DNA from: a virus
Lineage: Duplodnaviria > Caudoviricetes
IMG/VR virus record: IMGVR_UViG_3300032319_000696
Span: 1-30,453 of that record
Direction: 5' to 3' (one strand)
Length of the DNA: 30,453 nt
Positions 9,250-18,307 of the stretch are shown here, piece by piece (the first letter of the stretch is position 1; the number at the start of each line of letters is the position of its first letter). The position numbers were made by a program, and so were the translations under genes. The notes below the pieces were generated by a model. That model saw only the letters and a program-made list of their open reading frames with translations. It did not search any database and was not told where the DNA came from.

Positions 9250-9993
9250 TTATCCTGTGATAAAATCTACAGGTAATTCAAATCTAGATTGCATTTCTGT
9301 TTCGATCTGTTTTATCTCATCTATCGCATCTGCATATATCTGATCTGCATTAAGAGTAACTCCTCCAGGAAGTTGTACTCCCACAAACTTCTTCAAGTTC
9401 AATCCCCATTGTCTTTTAATTAATGCGGTACAGTATCTTTTAAGAAACATATCGTTATAAACATCTTTATATGTTTCTGGATCTAATATTCTGTAACATT
9501 CTACAATAATAAATTGCCCTGCTACAGTATCCGCTTTCCAATCCAAATCCAAGTATAGACGATTCATATGTCTATTAAATCGAATCGGTTTAACGCCTGT
9601 AAGTACCTGGTTAATTAATTCTAATTCCTGTTTAACCTGATAATAGTATATCAAGTTTGTTGACATCAAACTATATAAGTCATTGACTAAGATTTGATAT
9701 CTGATACTGAAAATATTGGTACCGTCAGATTTATTAGAAAATGGAAATATTCTTGTCACACCCACGACTGCGTCGGGTAACGTAATATACTCATTTGTTA
9801 GATCATCCGCAGTAATTTGATGCTTTAGGTATACAGATTCCACAGCATCATAATGATATTCTCTGTAGAATTGAAACGCTTCATCTATACGATCTTCAAC
9901 TTGATCATCATCGACGTTTATCTCAATAACAGGCGCACCTAGATTACGTAAACAATAATCTTTTAAACCTTGTCTTGATGTTACTATTGCCAT
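9250..9993 (-). CDS. gp13: Neck protein (head-tail adaptor)
   Basis: 247 aa; LKDYCLRNLGAPVIEINVDDDQVEDRIDEA, KRQWGLNLKKF.GVQLPGGVTLN motifs; AAGGA RBS. Confidence 0.96.
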   Translation of the reverse strand: MAIVTSRQGLKDYCLRNLGAPVIEINVDDDQVEDRIDEAFQFYREYHYDAVESVYLKHQITADDLTNEYITLPDAVVGVTRIFPFSNKSDGTNIFSIRYQILVNDLYSLMSTNLIYYYQVKQELELINQVLTGVKPIRFNRHMNRLYLDLDWKADTVAGQFIIVECYRILDPETYKDVYNDMFLKRYCTALIKRQWGLNLKKFVGVQLPGGVTLNADQIYADAIDEIKQIETEMQSRFELPVDFITG

Positions 9994-10007
9994 GTCTTAT
10001 TCCTTAA

Positions 10008-12572
10008 TTATTCCAACCATGGTCTAGTTGGAACGGTGAAACCATTAATTGGCCAAGGATTTCCCTTAATCAATCTTAGATTGTCTATACCATACGAAAA
10101 ATTGCTTGCAGGTCCTGCGAGGTAAAATCCCCCCGAAGGATCAACTATAAAATCATAATTGATGGTTGTTGCTACAGATCTAGTAATAAATTTACCGTTT
10201 ACGTATAATCTATATGTGGAATAGCCTGCTTGCGGAGTCGTATCATTATAACCGTAAGTTCTAGTAATTACACAATGTTGCCATACATTGGCAGGTATAT
10301 CAAAGTAATTATTTGAAAGGAATAAAGAACCGCTAGCATATGTATTAGGGGAAGCTACGCCTACCTGTAGTAAATAACAAAGCGGTTCAGATACACCACC
10401 ATCTTTATATATGCTAAATCCACTATTAGCTGTTTGCATAATATATGCAGTACCATATGAACTTGGATTATTTTTTCTTATAAAATTAAATTCGACACTA
10501 AAATCTTTATTAATAAAATTGTTTGCCCAATATTGACTAAATGGATGGTTTGTTGACGGGGTCGCAGAAAGAGTCTCTATAGCTCTACCGTTACTAGCAT
10601 TATCATTCCAAAAATATACATTACTGTCATAATAAGGTCCACCTCCTCTGACAAGAGATAATCCTGTGTCGCCTCTAGTTCCAGAATTAAGACGATCCCA
10701 TCTATTTGGGCCTGTGTCAAATAGACTGTTAATTGCAGACCCCCCAAACGTCGTTGCATTTCCGCTATTCATATTAAACGCAAATCCTATATTTGCTGTT
10801 GCAATGTTTGGATATGTAGAAACACCTTGCCAGTTGTAGGCTCTTATTATTGCTAAAGTATTTGCTTCAGGTTTAAAGTCATCTATAATATTTGGTTGTG
10901 GGTTTGGATTTGGTTGCGACGTATCCATATAGGTTACATTTGCTCGTATACTATTTGAAATTAAAACATCACTTATATAACCATTAAATCTATTATAATA
11001 TCTGTCGCGTGCATAAAGTTTACCATATTCCCCACTATCTCCACCAGCTATAACAACATTGGCAAAGGTGTTAGCTCTTTTAAAATTATAGTTTGCTAAA
11101 TCGGGTATACTTACTGCAATATTGCCTCCTACAAGTCCCCATAAAGAACTAGTGCCGTTTCCAACACTATATGTAAGACTTATCTTATTCCAAGTATTCA
11201 TATATATAGGCTGTATAGGATATTTTGCAGAATCAAAATTATATCCCCATGGAACATACAACGGCTGAGATGTAACGGAAACATTTGCAGCTTCGATATA
11301 CATCATTAACCAATTTTTATCCTGATAAGAGTATGGTTGTACTTGTTGCACTAAATTAACAACTATAGATTGTGAATTTGATGTAAACATTCCAGGAAAA
11401 GGTTTTTTACCTTCTAGTAAAAGTATTTGCTGATCCTTCCATGCTTGTGGATATATCCACATTTCCACAGTTATATTTCCAACATATTCGAACAAGGAAG
11501 ATGATATAATTAATGAATTAGACGTTTCATTGAAATACATAGAATTTAATATATTTCCTCTTGCCTCTACATTAGATGCTAATGATAAATTTGGGGCATT
11601 ATATGGAATATTTCCAGTAATGTCTATAATAAGATTACCAGTGTACGATGTATTGTCCGTAGTATAAGTATTTTGAAATGCTACATTAGGTGTACCAAAA
11701 CATTGAGGAAACTGTGAACTTGTTATAGGAAAAGGATTTCCCTGTATTAATCTAGTATTATCCATTGCAAAGGACAATGAATTTCCGGCATATGTATAAT
11801 CTTCAGATTGTCCTATAATTGCGCCGTATATAGGTTTGGCGCCTAATGCAGGTGCTCGGACTGGATGTGTAAGTATATTACCATTAGTATTTTGTAATTT
11901 TCCATCTACAAACGCATAAATTGTATAACTATTTGATAATATATTACCTGTTGCTTGTACTACCAAATGCTTCCAGGTATCTCCTGTAAAATCTGGCATA
12001 GGTATATATACCCAACGAGGATCACTATCGTTTGGAGGATATCCTGCTGTAACATATAACTGAAAATTATTATTTGCAGTATTTTGTACTATGTTTATTG
12101 ATGAAGTGCCACCGTATGAAGAATATAATCTCGCATAAGTGCTAGTATTATATACCTTCAAATTGTTAACTAAAACATGCGTTTCAAATGCCCAATCTGC
12201 ACATGCGGGTAATATGTTAGCATGATATATAGAGTAAACATTAGTTTTTAGTGCTTCTATTGCTATAGATGATGATGAACTATTTCCCCAATTTCTATAA
12301 TAATAGCCACCGTCAGAAAATGGACCACCCGAAAGTTGTTGTAAACCGTCAGTTCCAAGTGACCCTTGAAATCTATCAAGCTTTCCTAAATACCAATTAT
12401 TTTTACTTATATCTATAATAGAATTCGCACCACCTACTGCTAAATTATTATAATCAAATCTAAATAATTCTTTTGCTGAATTAACGGCAGGATAACTAAG
12501 TGTAATAACATTTGCAATCGAAGAAACTGCATTATTAATATATGATGTAACTATGGATAAAATTCCACCCAT
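10008..12572 (-). CDS. Virion appendage protein with three LamG/concanavalin-A-like domains (putative receptor/glycan binding)
   Basis: Three units with LamG hallmarks (WAFETH..WKHLVV..AFVDGK..DNTRL; ITVEMWIYP..WNKISLT..FNGYISDVLI; FSVEFNF..WQHCVITR..LYVNGK..IDNLRL). Start placed at 12572 (TAATG coupling with the upstream gene) rather than 12602. Confidence 0.7.
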   Translation of the reverse strand: MGGILSIVTSYINNAVSSIANVITLSYPAVNSAKELFRFDYNNLAVGGANSIIDISKNNWYLGKLDRFQGSLGTDGLQQLSGGPFSDGGYYYRNWGNSSSSSIAIEALKTNVYSIYHANILPACADWAFETHVLVNNLKVYNTSTYARLYSSYGGTSSINIVQNTANNNFQLYVTAGYPPNDSDPRWVYIPMPDFTGDTWKHLVVQATGNILSNSYTIYAFVDGKLQNTNGNILTHPVRAPALGAKPIYGAIIGQSEDYTYAGNSLSFAMDNTRLIQGNPFPITSSQFPQCFGTPNVAFQNTYTTDNTSYTGNLIIDITGNIPYNAPNLSLASNVEARGNILNSMYFNETSNSLIISSSLFEYVGNITVEMWIYPQAWKDQQILLLEGKKPFPGMFTSNSQSIVVNLVQQVQPYSYQDKNWLMMYIEAANVSVTSQPLYVPWGYNFDSAKYPIQPIYMNTWNKISLTYSVGNGTSSLWGLVGGNIAVSIPDLANYNFKRANTFANVVIAGGDSGEYGKLYARDRYYNRFNGYISDVLISNSIRANVTYMDTSQPNPNPQPNIIDDFKPEANTLAIIRAYNWQGVSTYPNIATANIGFAFNMNSGNATTFGGSAINSLFDTGPNRWDRLNSGTRGDTGLSLVRGGGPYYDSNVYFWNDNASNGRAIETLSATPSTNHPFSQYWANNFINKDFSVEFNFIRKNNPSSYGTAYIMQTANSGFSIYKDGGVSEPLCYLLQVGVASPNTYASGSLFLSNNYFDIPANVWQHCVITRTYGYNDTTPQAGYSTYRLYVNGKFITRSVATTINYDFIVDPSGGFYLAGPASNFSYGIDNLRLIKGNPWPINGFTVPTRPWLE

Positions 12573-13447
12573 TATCTTACTCCTGCTCCACCTATAAACC
12601 AAGTATCGGTTGCTATTTTTAATATGGTTGCCATTCCGTACCCACCTATGGTAACATTAGATCTACTACCTGATGTGTTTCCTGCAACATATAAAGTTAC
12701 ACCGCCCGTCGTATTAACATATCCTGCACCTGTTGACGAGTTATAAACAAGTGTAACAGCAGTTCCAATAGGAAATGCCACACTAGAATTTAATGGAATT
12801 GTTATTATTTGCCCAGTAACTCCTGAGTTATATATGTGTTTACTTTGATCTGTTAAAGTAAGAGTATAATTTCCTGTTTGCGCATTTTGTGGTATACCTA
12901 AATAACCAATACTTGTTGTACTTGCAGGACTTGTAAGTATTAAATTACCTGATACTGCACTAGAAATAATGTTACCGGTATTGTTTATTGATGTGGATGA
13001 AACCGTTACAGTAGACACATTTCCTAGTATAAGGTTTGCATTATACAGAGCAGCCAATACTCTAGTATTACTGAAATATAAATTTCCGCTTGTTTCAATT
13101 ACGTTAGCTGTGGTTAAGAACGGTTGAACCGTAGCGTTAACTCTCGTTGTCGTAAAATATAAATTGGCATTTGTTTCAATTACGTTAGCTGTGGTTAACA
13201 TTGGCGTAACAGTAGCATTCACTCTTGCATTTGTGAAATATAAATTAGTAATTTCTGCTACGTTTGCCGTTGTTAGAAACGGAGATACGTTTGCAAAATA
13301 TCCTAATTGTCCCCAACCTGAGGAACCATCGCCTATTTTTATTTTACCTGTATTCGTTTCGAGACCAATTTCCCCCTGGCTTAAAACGGTATTAGCATTA
13401 GTCCAATTGGTTGCGCTATCTCTTCTTAGTTGTATTTTATATGCCAT
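12572..13447 (-). CDS. Fibre protein with Mtd_N/hyaluronidase-type N-terminus
   Basis: KIQLRRDSATNWTNANTVLSQGEIGLETNTGKIKIGDG..W..L is the Mtd N-terminal-type motif. Three ~27-aa TTANV.E..NLYFT..RV repeats. C-terminal YTLTLTD..K...TIP.NSSVAFPIGT domain common in phage fibres. Confidence 0.75.
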   Translation of the reverse strand: MAYKIQLRRDSATNWTNANTVLSQGEIGLETNTGKIKIGDGSSGWGQLGYFANVSPFLTTANVAEITNLYFTNARVNATVTPMLTTANVIETNANLYFTTTRVNATVQPFLTTANVIETSGNLYFSNTRVLAALYNANLILGNVSTVTVSSTSINNTGNIISSAVSGNLILTSPASTTSIGYLGIPQNAQTGNYTLTLTDQSKHIYNSGVTGQIITIPLNSSVAFPIGTAVTLVYNSSTGAGYVNTTGGVTLYVAGNTSGSRSNVTIGGYGMATILKIATDTWFIGGAGVR

Positions 13448-13492
13448 TTATGCTCCCGGCAATGGTCGAATTGATTGAATTTATTTTTATCA

Positions 13493-16126
13493 TTATGCAG
13501 GTCCTCCGTCGAGATTTAGATCAGCAGTAAATAAAGTAACACTGCTCCCTCCATCTATATTTATGTTAGCAAACCCACTACCCGAAGAACTTATAACACC
13601 AGAACCATTAATGGTAATACTAGTTCCATCTATTTTAACTCCGCCTAATACTGTAGTAGTTGCAGTTGGTAATGAATATGTACTTGCTCCGCTGATGACG
13701 CCAGTATTACTAATGGTAATACTAGTTCCATCTATTTTAACTCCGCCTAATACTGTAGTATTTGCTGTTGGTAATGTATAACTATTACCAGAAGGTCCCG
13801 TTGCACCAACATTTCCTGTTAATCCAACATTACCTGTTAGACCAGTTGCACCAACATTTCCTGTTAATCCAACATTACCTGTTAGACCAGTTGCCCCTGT
13901 AGGACCGGATACAGTACTATTTGCTCCCGCAACACCCGTTGCACCAACATTACCCGTTGGTCCTGTTGCACCAACATTACCCGTTGGTCCTGTTGCACCA
14001 ACATTTCCTGCAATACCGGCATTACCTGTTAATCCTATTGGGCCTGTAGCACCTATTAATGAACCAATTACTGCTAATGTATTACTATTATTAAATGTTA
14101 ATGTTAAATTACCACTTATAATATTTGCAGACGTTATGTATAGTCCTGTAGAACCAACATTACCCGTTAGTCCTGTTGCACCAACATTTCCTGTTAATCC
14201 AACATTACCTGTCAATCCTGTTGCCCCTGTAGGTCCCGTAGGACCTACTACTGTACTATTTGCTCCTGTTGCACCAACATTACCTGTTAATCCTGTTGCA
14301 CCAACATTGCCCGTTAAACCAACATTCCCTGTTAGGCCAACGTTACCTTGAGGGCCTGTTGCACCAAGTAAAGAACCTATTACTGTTAAATTACTACTAT
14401 CATTAAATGACAATCTTAAATTACCACTTATGATATTAGCGCCAACTATGTATAGTCCTGTAGAACCAACGTTGCCTCTAAGTCCAGTGTTTCCTGTTAA
14501 TCCGGTTGCACCTGTAGCACCTAATACTGAACCAAATGCAATTAATGTATTTCCATCACTAAATAATAGTTGTAAATTTCCGGATATAACAGCGGCGGAA
14601 TTTATGTATATTCCAGATGCACCCGTATTACCTGTTGGACCTATAGGCCCAGTAGCACCAATATTTCCTTGAAGTCCTGTAGCACCCACATTACCTGTTA
14701 GGCCAACATTACCAGTAATACCGGTGGATCCTATATTACCTACCAATCCTCTAGAACCCGTAGCTCCAGTTGCACCTAATACGGAACCTGTTGTTGTTAT
14801 AGTATTACCTGTATTAAATGTAAATATTAAATTTCCCGATGCAACATTTGCCGATAAAATAGTTGCACCTGTAGCACCAACTGCAACTGCTGTTCCAGGA
14901 ATACCTTGAATGCCCGTTGCACCTGTTGATCCTAAGAATGAACCCGATAATGTTAGCGTATTTCCATTATTAAAGTTTAATGTCAGATTGCCAAGAGATA
15001 GACTACCTGATACAATATACAATCCTGTAGCACCTGTAAGACCAGTTGCCCCTAATGATCCTGTGGCGCCTGTTAGACCAAACCCGGTGGCACCTGTTGA
15101 ACCAATAATACCTGTAGCACCTAATGATCCTGTTGATCCTGTTAGACCAGTTGCACCTGTAATACCTGTGGCACCTGTTGAACCGATAGATCCTGATGCC
15201 CCTGTAATACCTGTAGCACCTTGAGATCCTGCTAATCCTGTTGCACCTTGTACTCCGGTAGAACCAACATTACCTGTTAATCCTCGTAAACCTGTTGCGC
15301 CTTGTATACCTGTTGCGCCAGCAGGCCCTGCTACTGTACTATTTGCACCTGTTGCGCCAGCATCCCCCGTAACACCCGTAGCACCTAATGACCCTGTTGC
15401 TCCTGTAAGACCAGTTGCACCTACTGGGCCAGTACTACCTATAGGTCCTTGTCCACCAATCGTTCCTGTGGCACCTGTTGCACCTAATGATCCTGTTGCA
15501 CCTTGTACTCCGGTAGAACCAACATTACCTGTTAATCCTCGTAAACCTGTTGCACCTGTGCCGCCTAATATTCCTGTTGCACCTGTAGCTCCTAATCCTG
15601 TTGCACCCGTTGCACCAAGAGAACCTGTTGCTCCTACATTGCCCGTTAATCCTGTAGCTCCTAATCCTGTTGCACCCGTTGCACCAAGAGAACCTGTTGC
15701 ACCTGTAGCGCCAACATTACCTGTTAATCCTGTTGCGCCTACGTATAAAAATATTGGATTGAATGTAGCAGGAGTTTCTGGTTGTACACTAATTCTACCT
15801 GGAATTGAACCTTGATTAACTGTGGCAAAACCTGAGGATATATTTAAAACTACATTACTGTCTGTCGCATTAAGAACATACACATATCTACCAAAAGCAA
15901 TATTTGCTGTATTCTGTGCAGTTATTCCATAACTAATTATACTATTACCATAATCAGTAATAGTTGCAGTAAACGCCATTAAGACATTTCCGCCTGCAGA
16001 TTTTTGTATTTGTCCGTATACTACATTGCCCGTTAGACTAATTGGATTTTTATTATCATCCAGATATTGTACCGTATCGGCAAACGTTGTACCTTGGGTT
16101 AGTTCTATATTTTTGATTAACGACAT
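13493..16126 (-). CDS. Collagen-like fibre (whisker/head/tail fibre)
   Basis: 877 aa; N-terminal adaptor (QGTTF..T..Y.D....PISLTG), long Gly-X-Y tracts ([12 protein letters not shown]), five non-collagen interruptions, two C-terminal [20 protein letters not shown] repeats. Confidence 0.85.
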   Translation of the reverse strand: MSLIKNIELTQGTTFADTVQYLDDNKNPISLTGNVVYGQIQKSAGGNVLMAFTATITDYGNSIISYGITAQNTANIAFGRYVYVLNATDSNVVLNISSGFATVNQGSIPGRISVQPETPATFNPIFLYVGATGLTGNVGATGATGSLGATGATGLGATGLTGNVGATGSLGATGATGLGATGATGILGGTGATGLRGLTGNVGSTGVQGATGSLGATGATGTIGGQGPIGSTGPVGATGLTGATGSLGATGVTGDAGATGANSTVAGPAGATGIQGATGLRGLTGNVGSTGVQGATGLAGSQGATGITGASGSIGSTGATGITGATGLTGSTGSLGATGIIGSTGATGFGLTGATGSLGATGLTGATGLYIVSGSLSLGNLTLNFNNGNTLTLSGSFLGSTGATGIQGIPGTAVAVGATGATILSANVASGNLIFTFNTGNTITTTGSVLGATGATGSRGLVGNIGSTGITGNVGLTGNVGATGLQGNIGATGPIGPTGNTGASGIYINSAAVISGNLQLLFSDGNTLIAFGSVLGATGATGLTGNTGLRGNVGSTGLYIVGANIISGNLRLSFNDSSNLTVIGSLLGATGPQGNVGLTGNVGLTGNVGATGLTGNVGATGANSTVVGPTGPTGATGLTGNVGLTGNVGATGLTGNVGSTGLYITSANIISGNLTLTFNNSNTLAVIGSLIGATGPIGLTGNAGIAGNVGATGPTGNVGATGPTGNVGATGVAGANSTVSGPTGATGLTGNVGLTGNVGATGLTGNVGLTGNVGATGPSGNSYTLPTANTTVLGGVKIDGTSITISNTGVISGASTYSLPTATTTVLGGVKIDGTSITINGSGVISSSGSGFANINIDGGSSVTLFTADLNLDGGPA
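13795..15740. repeat. Gly-X-Y codon repeat array with exact internal duplications
   Basis: 9-nt periodicity (cctgttgca-type units). Exact copies: 45-nt tandem 13800-13844/13845-13889; 64-nt 15235-15298/15490-15553; 50-nt 15582-15631/15651-15700. Confidence 0.9.
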
Positions 16127-16164
16127 TTTAATCCGTGATTAGTTATTTTCTTTGCGTCCGGAGA

Positions 16165-16647
16165 TTAGTTAAATCTCCCGTAGTATATTCTATATGCGAC
16201 ATTTATAATAACATCTCCTGCGATGTTGATATACTGTCCTCTATCTAAATTATGCTTGCATATAATTTTTAAAACCCCATTTTCTACAATCGTTGTCATT
16301 ATAGAACAGCCTAGATATTCCCCAGTACTGGGTTGGGTTATTTCTCTAACTTGTACCGAACCTTGTCCGCTAGTAACAAATCCAGAATTATCAGAGATAC
16401 CGCCATTTATAGCATAAAAGGGCATAATAAAGTAGTCATTAGTATTTATTAAATCGTCTGAAACGATTGGAAATTCGTCAGTTCTGTCGACAAAACTTGC
16501 GTTTGGATCGGCTGCTAATACTGCAGGTATTTGTATAGTGCCTGTAACATTGTATAAAATAGGAGCCATTTTCTTATCTAAGGAAAACTTTATTTTTCCC
16601 AGTTTATCTTTGACTACTAATTCTGTAGAATTAAAAGAAAAACTCAT
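16165..16647 (-). CDS. Hypothetical tail-associated protein (beta-rich, 160 aa)
   Basis: ATGA-coupled to the upstream gene; last gene of a four-gene coupled fibre cluster. Confidence 0.7.
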   Translation of the reverse strand: MSFSFNSTELVVKDKLGKIKFSLDKKMAPILYNVTGTIQIPAVLAADPNASFVDRTDEFPIVSDDLINTNDYFIMPFYAINGGISDNSGFVTSGQGSVQVREITQPSTGEYLGCSIMTTIVENGVLKIICKHNLDRGQYINIAGDVIINVAYRIYYGRFN

Positions 16648-17801
16648 ATCAAAACCCCTAAATATTTTACATTACCAGTAACAGGTACATTTCCATTTAC
16701 AAAGAAACTCGTAGTATTATATCTATAAGTTAATGAAGAACCAGATCCTGCTAAAGTTTCTCCCTGAGGCCAAATTATCAAATCGTCTGCAAGTGTTATT
16801 GCACTATACCGTTCATCATATAAACCACCTGTTAATGGATTTGTAGAACTGGCATCTGCTGTTCTGCCCTGATAATATCCGGTAGTAATATAATGTATTG
16901 TTGCATTATAAGTATCATAACCATACAATAATCTTATATCTGCATACTTATTCAAATACGCAATAGGATCAAATAATATAGGTCTTTCGCCTGCGGAATT
17001 TGCATAATCCTGTTGCCCTTTTGTATAGTCTGTGCCATACGCAATTATTAGATCAGGGTAGCTTGCTATATACCTTAGTGCATCTGCGGCAGGAATATAG
17101 TAGGACGTTATAGGCAATGCTGTAATAGATGTTGATAATGTTGATATTATCCCACCGCCAGTATTTGGATTTCCTGTATTAGATGTAGATGTTATTTCTT
17201 CGCCACCTTTTAATGAGTTTAAAAAGTTTAACAAATCTGTTGGTGTATAAACATATGAACCATTCACCAAACTAATGTTATACAAAGCACTTCTGCTTAT
17301 TTCTATACCATATCCTAGCGGAGTTGAACTTTCCACATATGTATAGACTCCACCCACTCTTTGCCAATTATATTGGGTATATGTTGTCTGTTTAGTTATA
17401 GCTCCAGTAAAAGTTACTGTTCCTATTGTAAATTGAAACTCCCCTGTTCTAATAGGTGGCTTGTCTATTAAAAGTAATTCTATAAAATTACTAGTATTTA
17501 AATCTCCATTTACAGAATAATTTTCTATAAACGGTCCAGACTTTGGTACCTGCGGACCAAGTGATTGTCTTTTAGTTAATTGGCCATAATCTATGTATGA
17601 TATCCCAACATCTGTTTCTTGATATAATACTAAATTTGTAGAATATAATGTTTTAGTAAAAGCAGATCCCGTAGTACTAGTATATTGATTATCTTTTTTA
17701 TAGATAAATCCATTATCAGAATTAAAGTTTACTCCGACGTTTGCATTGGCACCAAATGTAACCAATTGATCAGATATGTTTAAAAGTAATACATTAGCCA
17801 T
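16644..17801 (-). CDS. Tail-associated protein carrying YIASYPDL-type surface-protein repeats
   Basis: 385 aa; contains DALRYIASYPDLIIAYG...FDPIAYLNKYADIRLLYG...A.IHYITTGYYQGR, a repeat type I recognise from proteobacterial RTX/S-layer-like proteins. Confidence 0.7.
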   Translation of the reverse strand: MANVLLLNISDQLVTFGANANVGVNFNSDNGFIYKKDNQYTSTTGSAFTKTLYSTNLVLYQETDVGISYIDYGQLTKRQSLGPQVPKSGPFIENYSVNGDLNTSNFIELLLIDKPPIRTGEFQFTIGTVTFTGAITKQTTYTQYNWQRVGGVYTYVESSTPLGYGIEISRSALYNISLVNGSYVYTPTDLLNFLNSLKGGEEITSTSNTGNPNTGGGIISTLSTSITALPITSYYIPAADALRYIASYPDLIIAYGTDYTKGQQDYANSAGERPILFDPIAYLNKYADIRLLYGYDTYNATIHYITTGYYQGRTADASSTNPLTGGLYDERYSAITLADDLIIWPQGETLAGSGSSLTYRYNTTSFFVNGNVPVTGNVKYLGVLI

Positions 17802-17803
17802 AA

Positions 17804-18307
17804 TTAAAAACTAGGAACAGTTGCAGGATGTTTAAATGCTAATATAATGTATCGTCTAGTTACAGATGGTAAAGGATCGTTAACAACGTGATATCGTTCT
17901 TTAATATAAAAATTATTTGAATCCATTTGTAATGATGCTACTCTAAAAGAACTATTTACAGATTGTATAAAATTTTGTGCACCAATTATTTCTTTGGTAT
18001 CAAAGTCTAACAAAATTGCCGCAGGGGTATATCCAAAATTATGAATAACAGTTGTCTTATAATTTTCACCCTTAACCAAAATTGTAGGATCAGAAGAATT
18101 AGTATCAACCGCATTATATACTGTTGTAAATGTGCCGTTGTATACTATATTCAAATACTCAAATCTTGAATCAAAATATAATCTATCTAAGTTTTGTGTT
18201 GGATTAAATAACGGTGCGTTATTTCCCGACAACCCTGTCGGATTTGAGAATATACAAACAACATTTGTTGTATTTACATTACCAGCATATAATACTGTGG
18301 TTGTCAT
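17804..18307 (-). CDS. Hypothetical tail-associated protein (167 aa)
   Basis: ATGA-coupled to the 538-aa fibre gene; motifs P..NP..NLDRLYFDSRFEYL and HNFGYTP (the H.LG..P type seen in fibre beta domains). Confidence 0.7.
   Translation of the reverse strand: MTTTVLYAGNVNTTNVVCIFSNPTGLSGNNAPLFNPTQNLDRLYFDSRFEYLNIVYNGTFTTVYNAVDTNSSDPTILVKGENYKTTVIHNFGYTPAAILLDFDTKEIIGAQNFIQSVNSSFRVASLQMDSNNFYIKERYHVVNDPLPSVTRRYIILAFKHPATVPSF

Noticed and set aside
9224-9343. Short + strand ORF (MYPVNKTLYYPVIK...) after the antisense promoter
   Set aside because: About 39 codons, almost entirely antisense to gp13, with no RBS. A leaderless peptide cannot be excluded, but nothing supports it.
10008-13447. Diversity-generating retroelement suggested by the Mtd_N-like domain
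   Set aside because: No reverse transcriptase, no template/variable repeat pair differing at adenines, and no C-type-lectin-like C-terminus seen in the window. Mtd_N is a generic fibre module.
13795-15740. Possible CRISPR array or non-coding tandem repeat
   Set aside because: The repeats have 9-nt codon periodicity inside an open frame; there is no constant repeat with unique spacers.
14136-15815. Pro/Val-rich + strand ORFs (PVAPVAP...)
   Set aside because: They are the reverse complement of Gly-X-Thr collagen codons, not independent genes.
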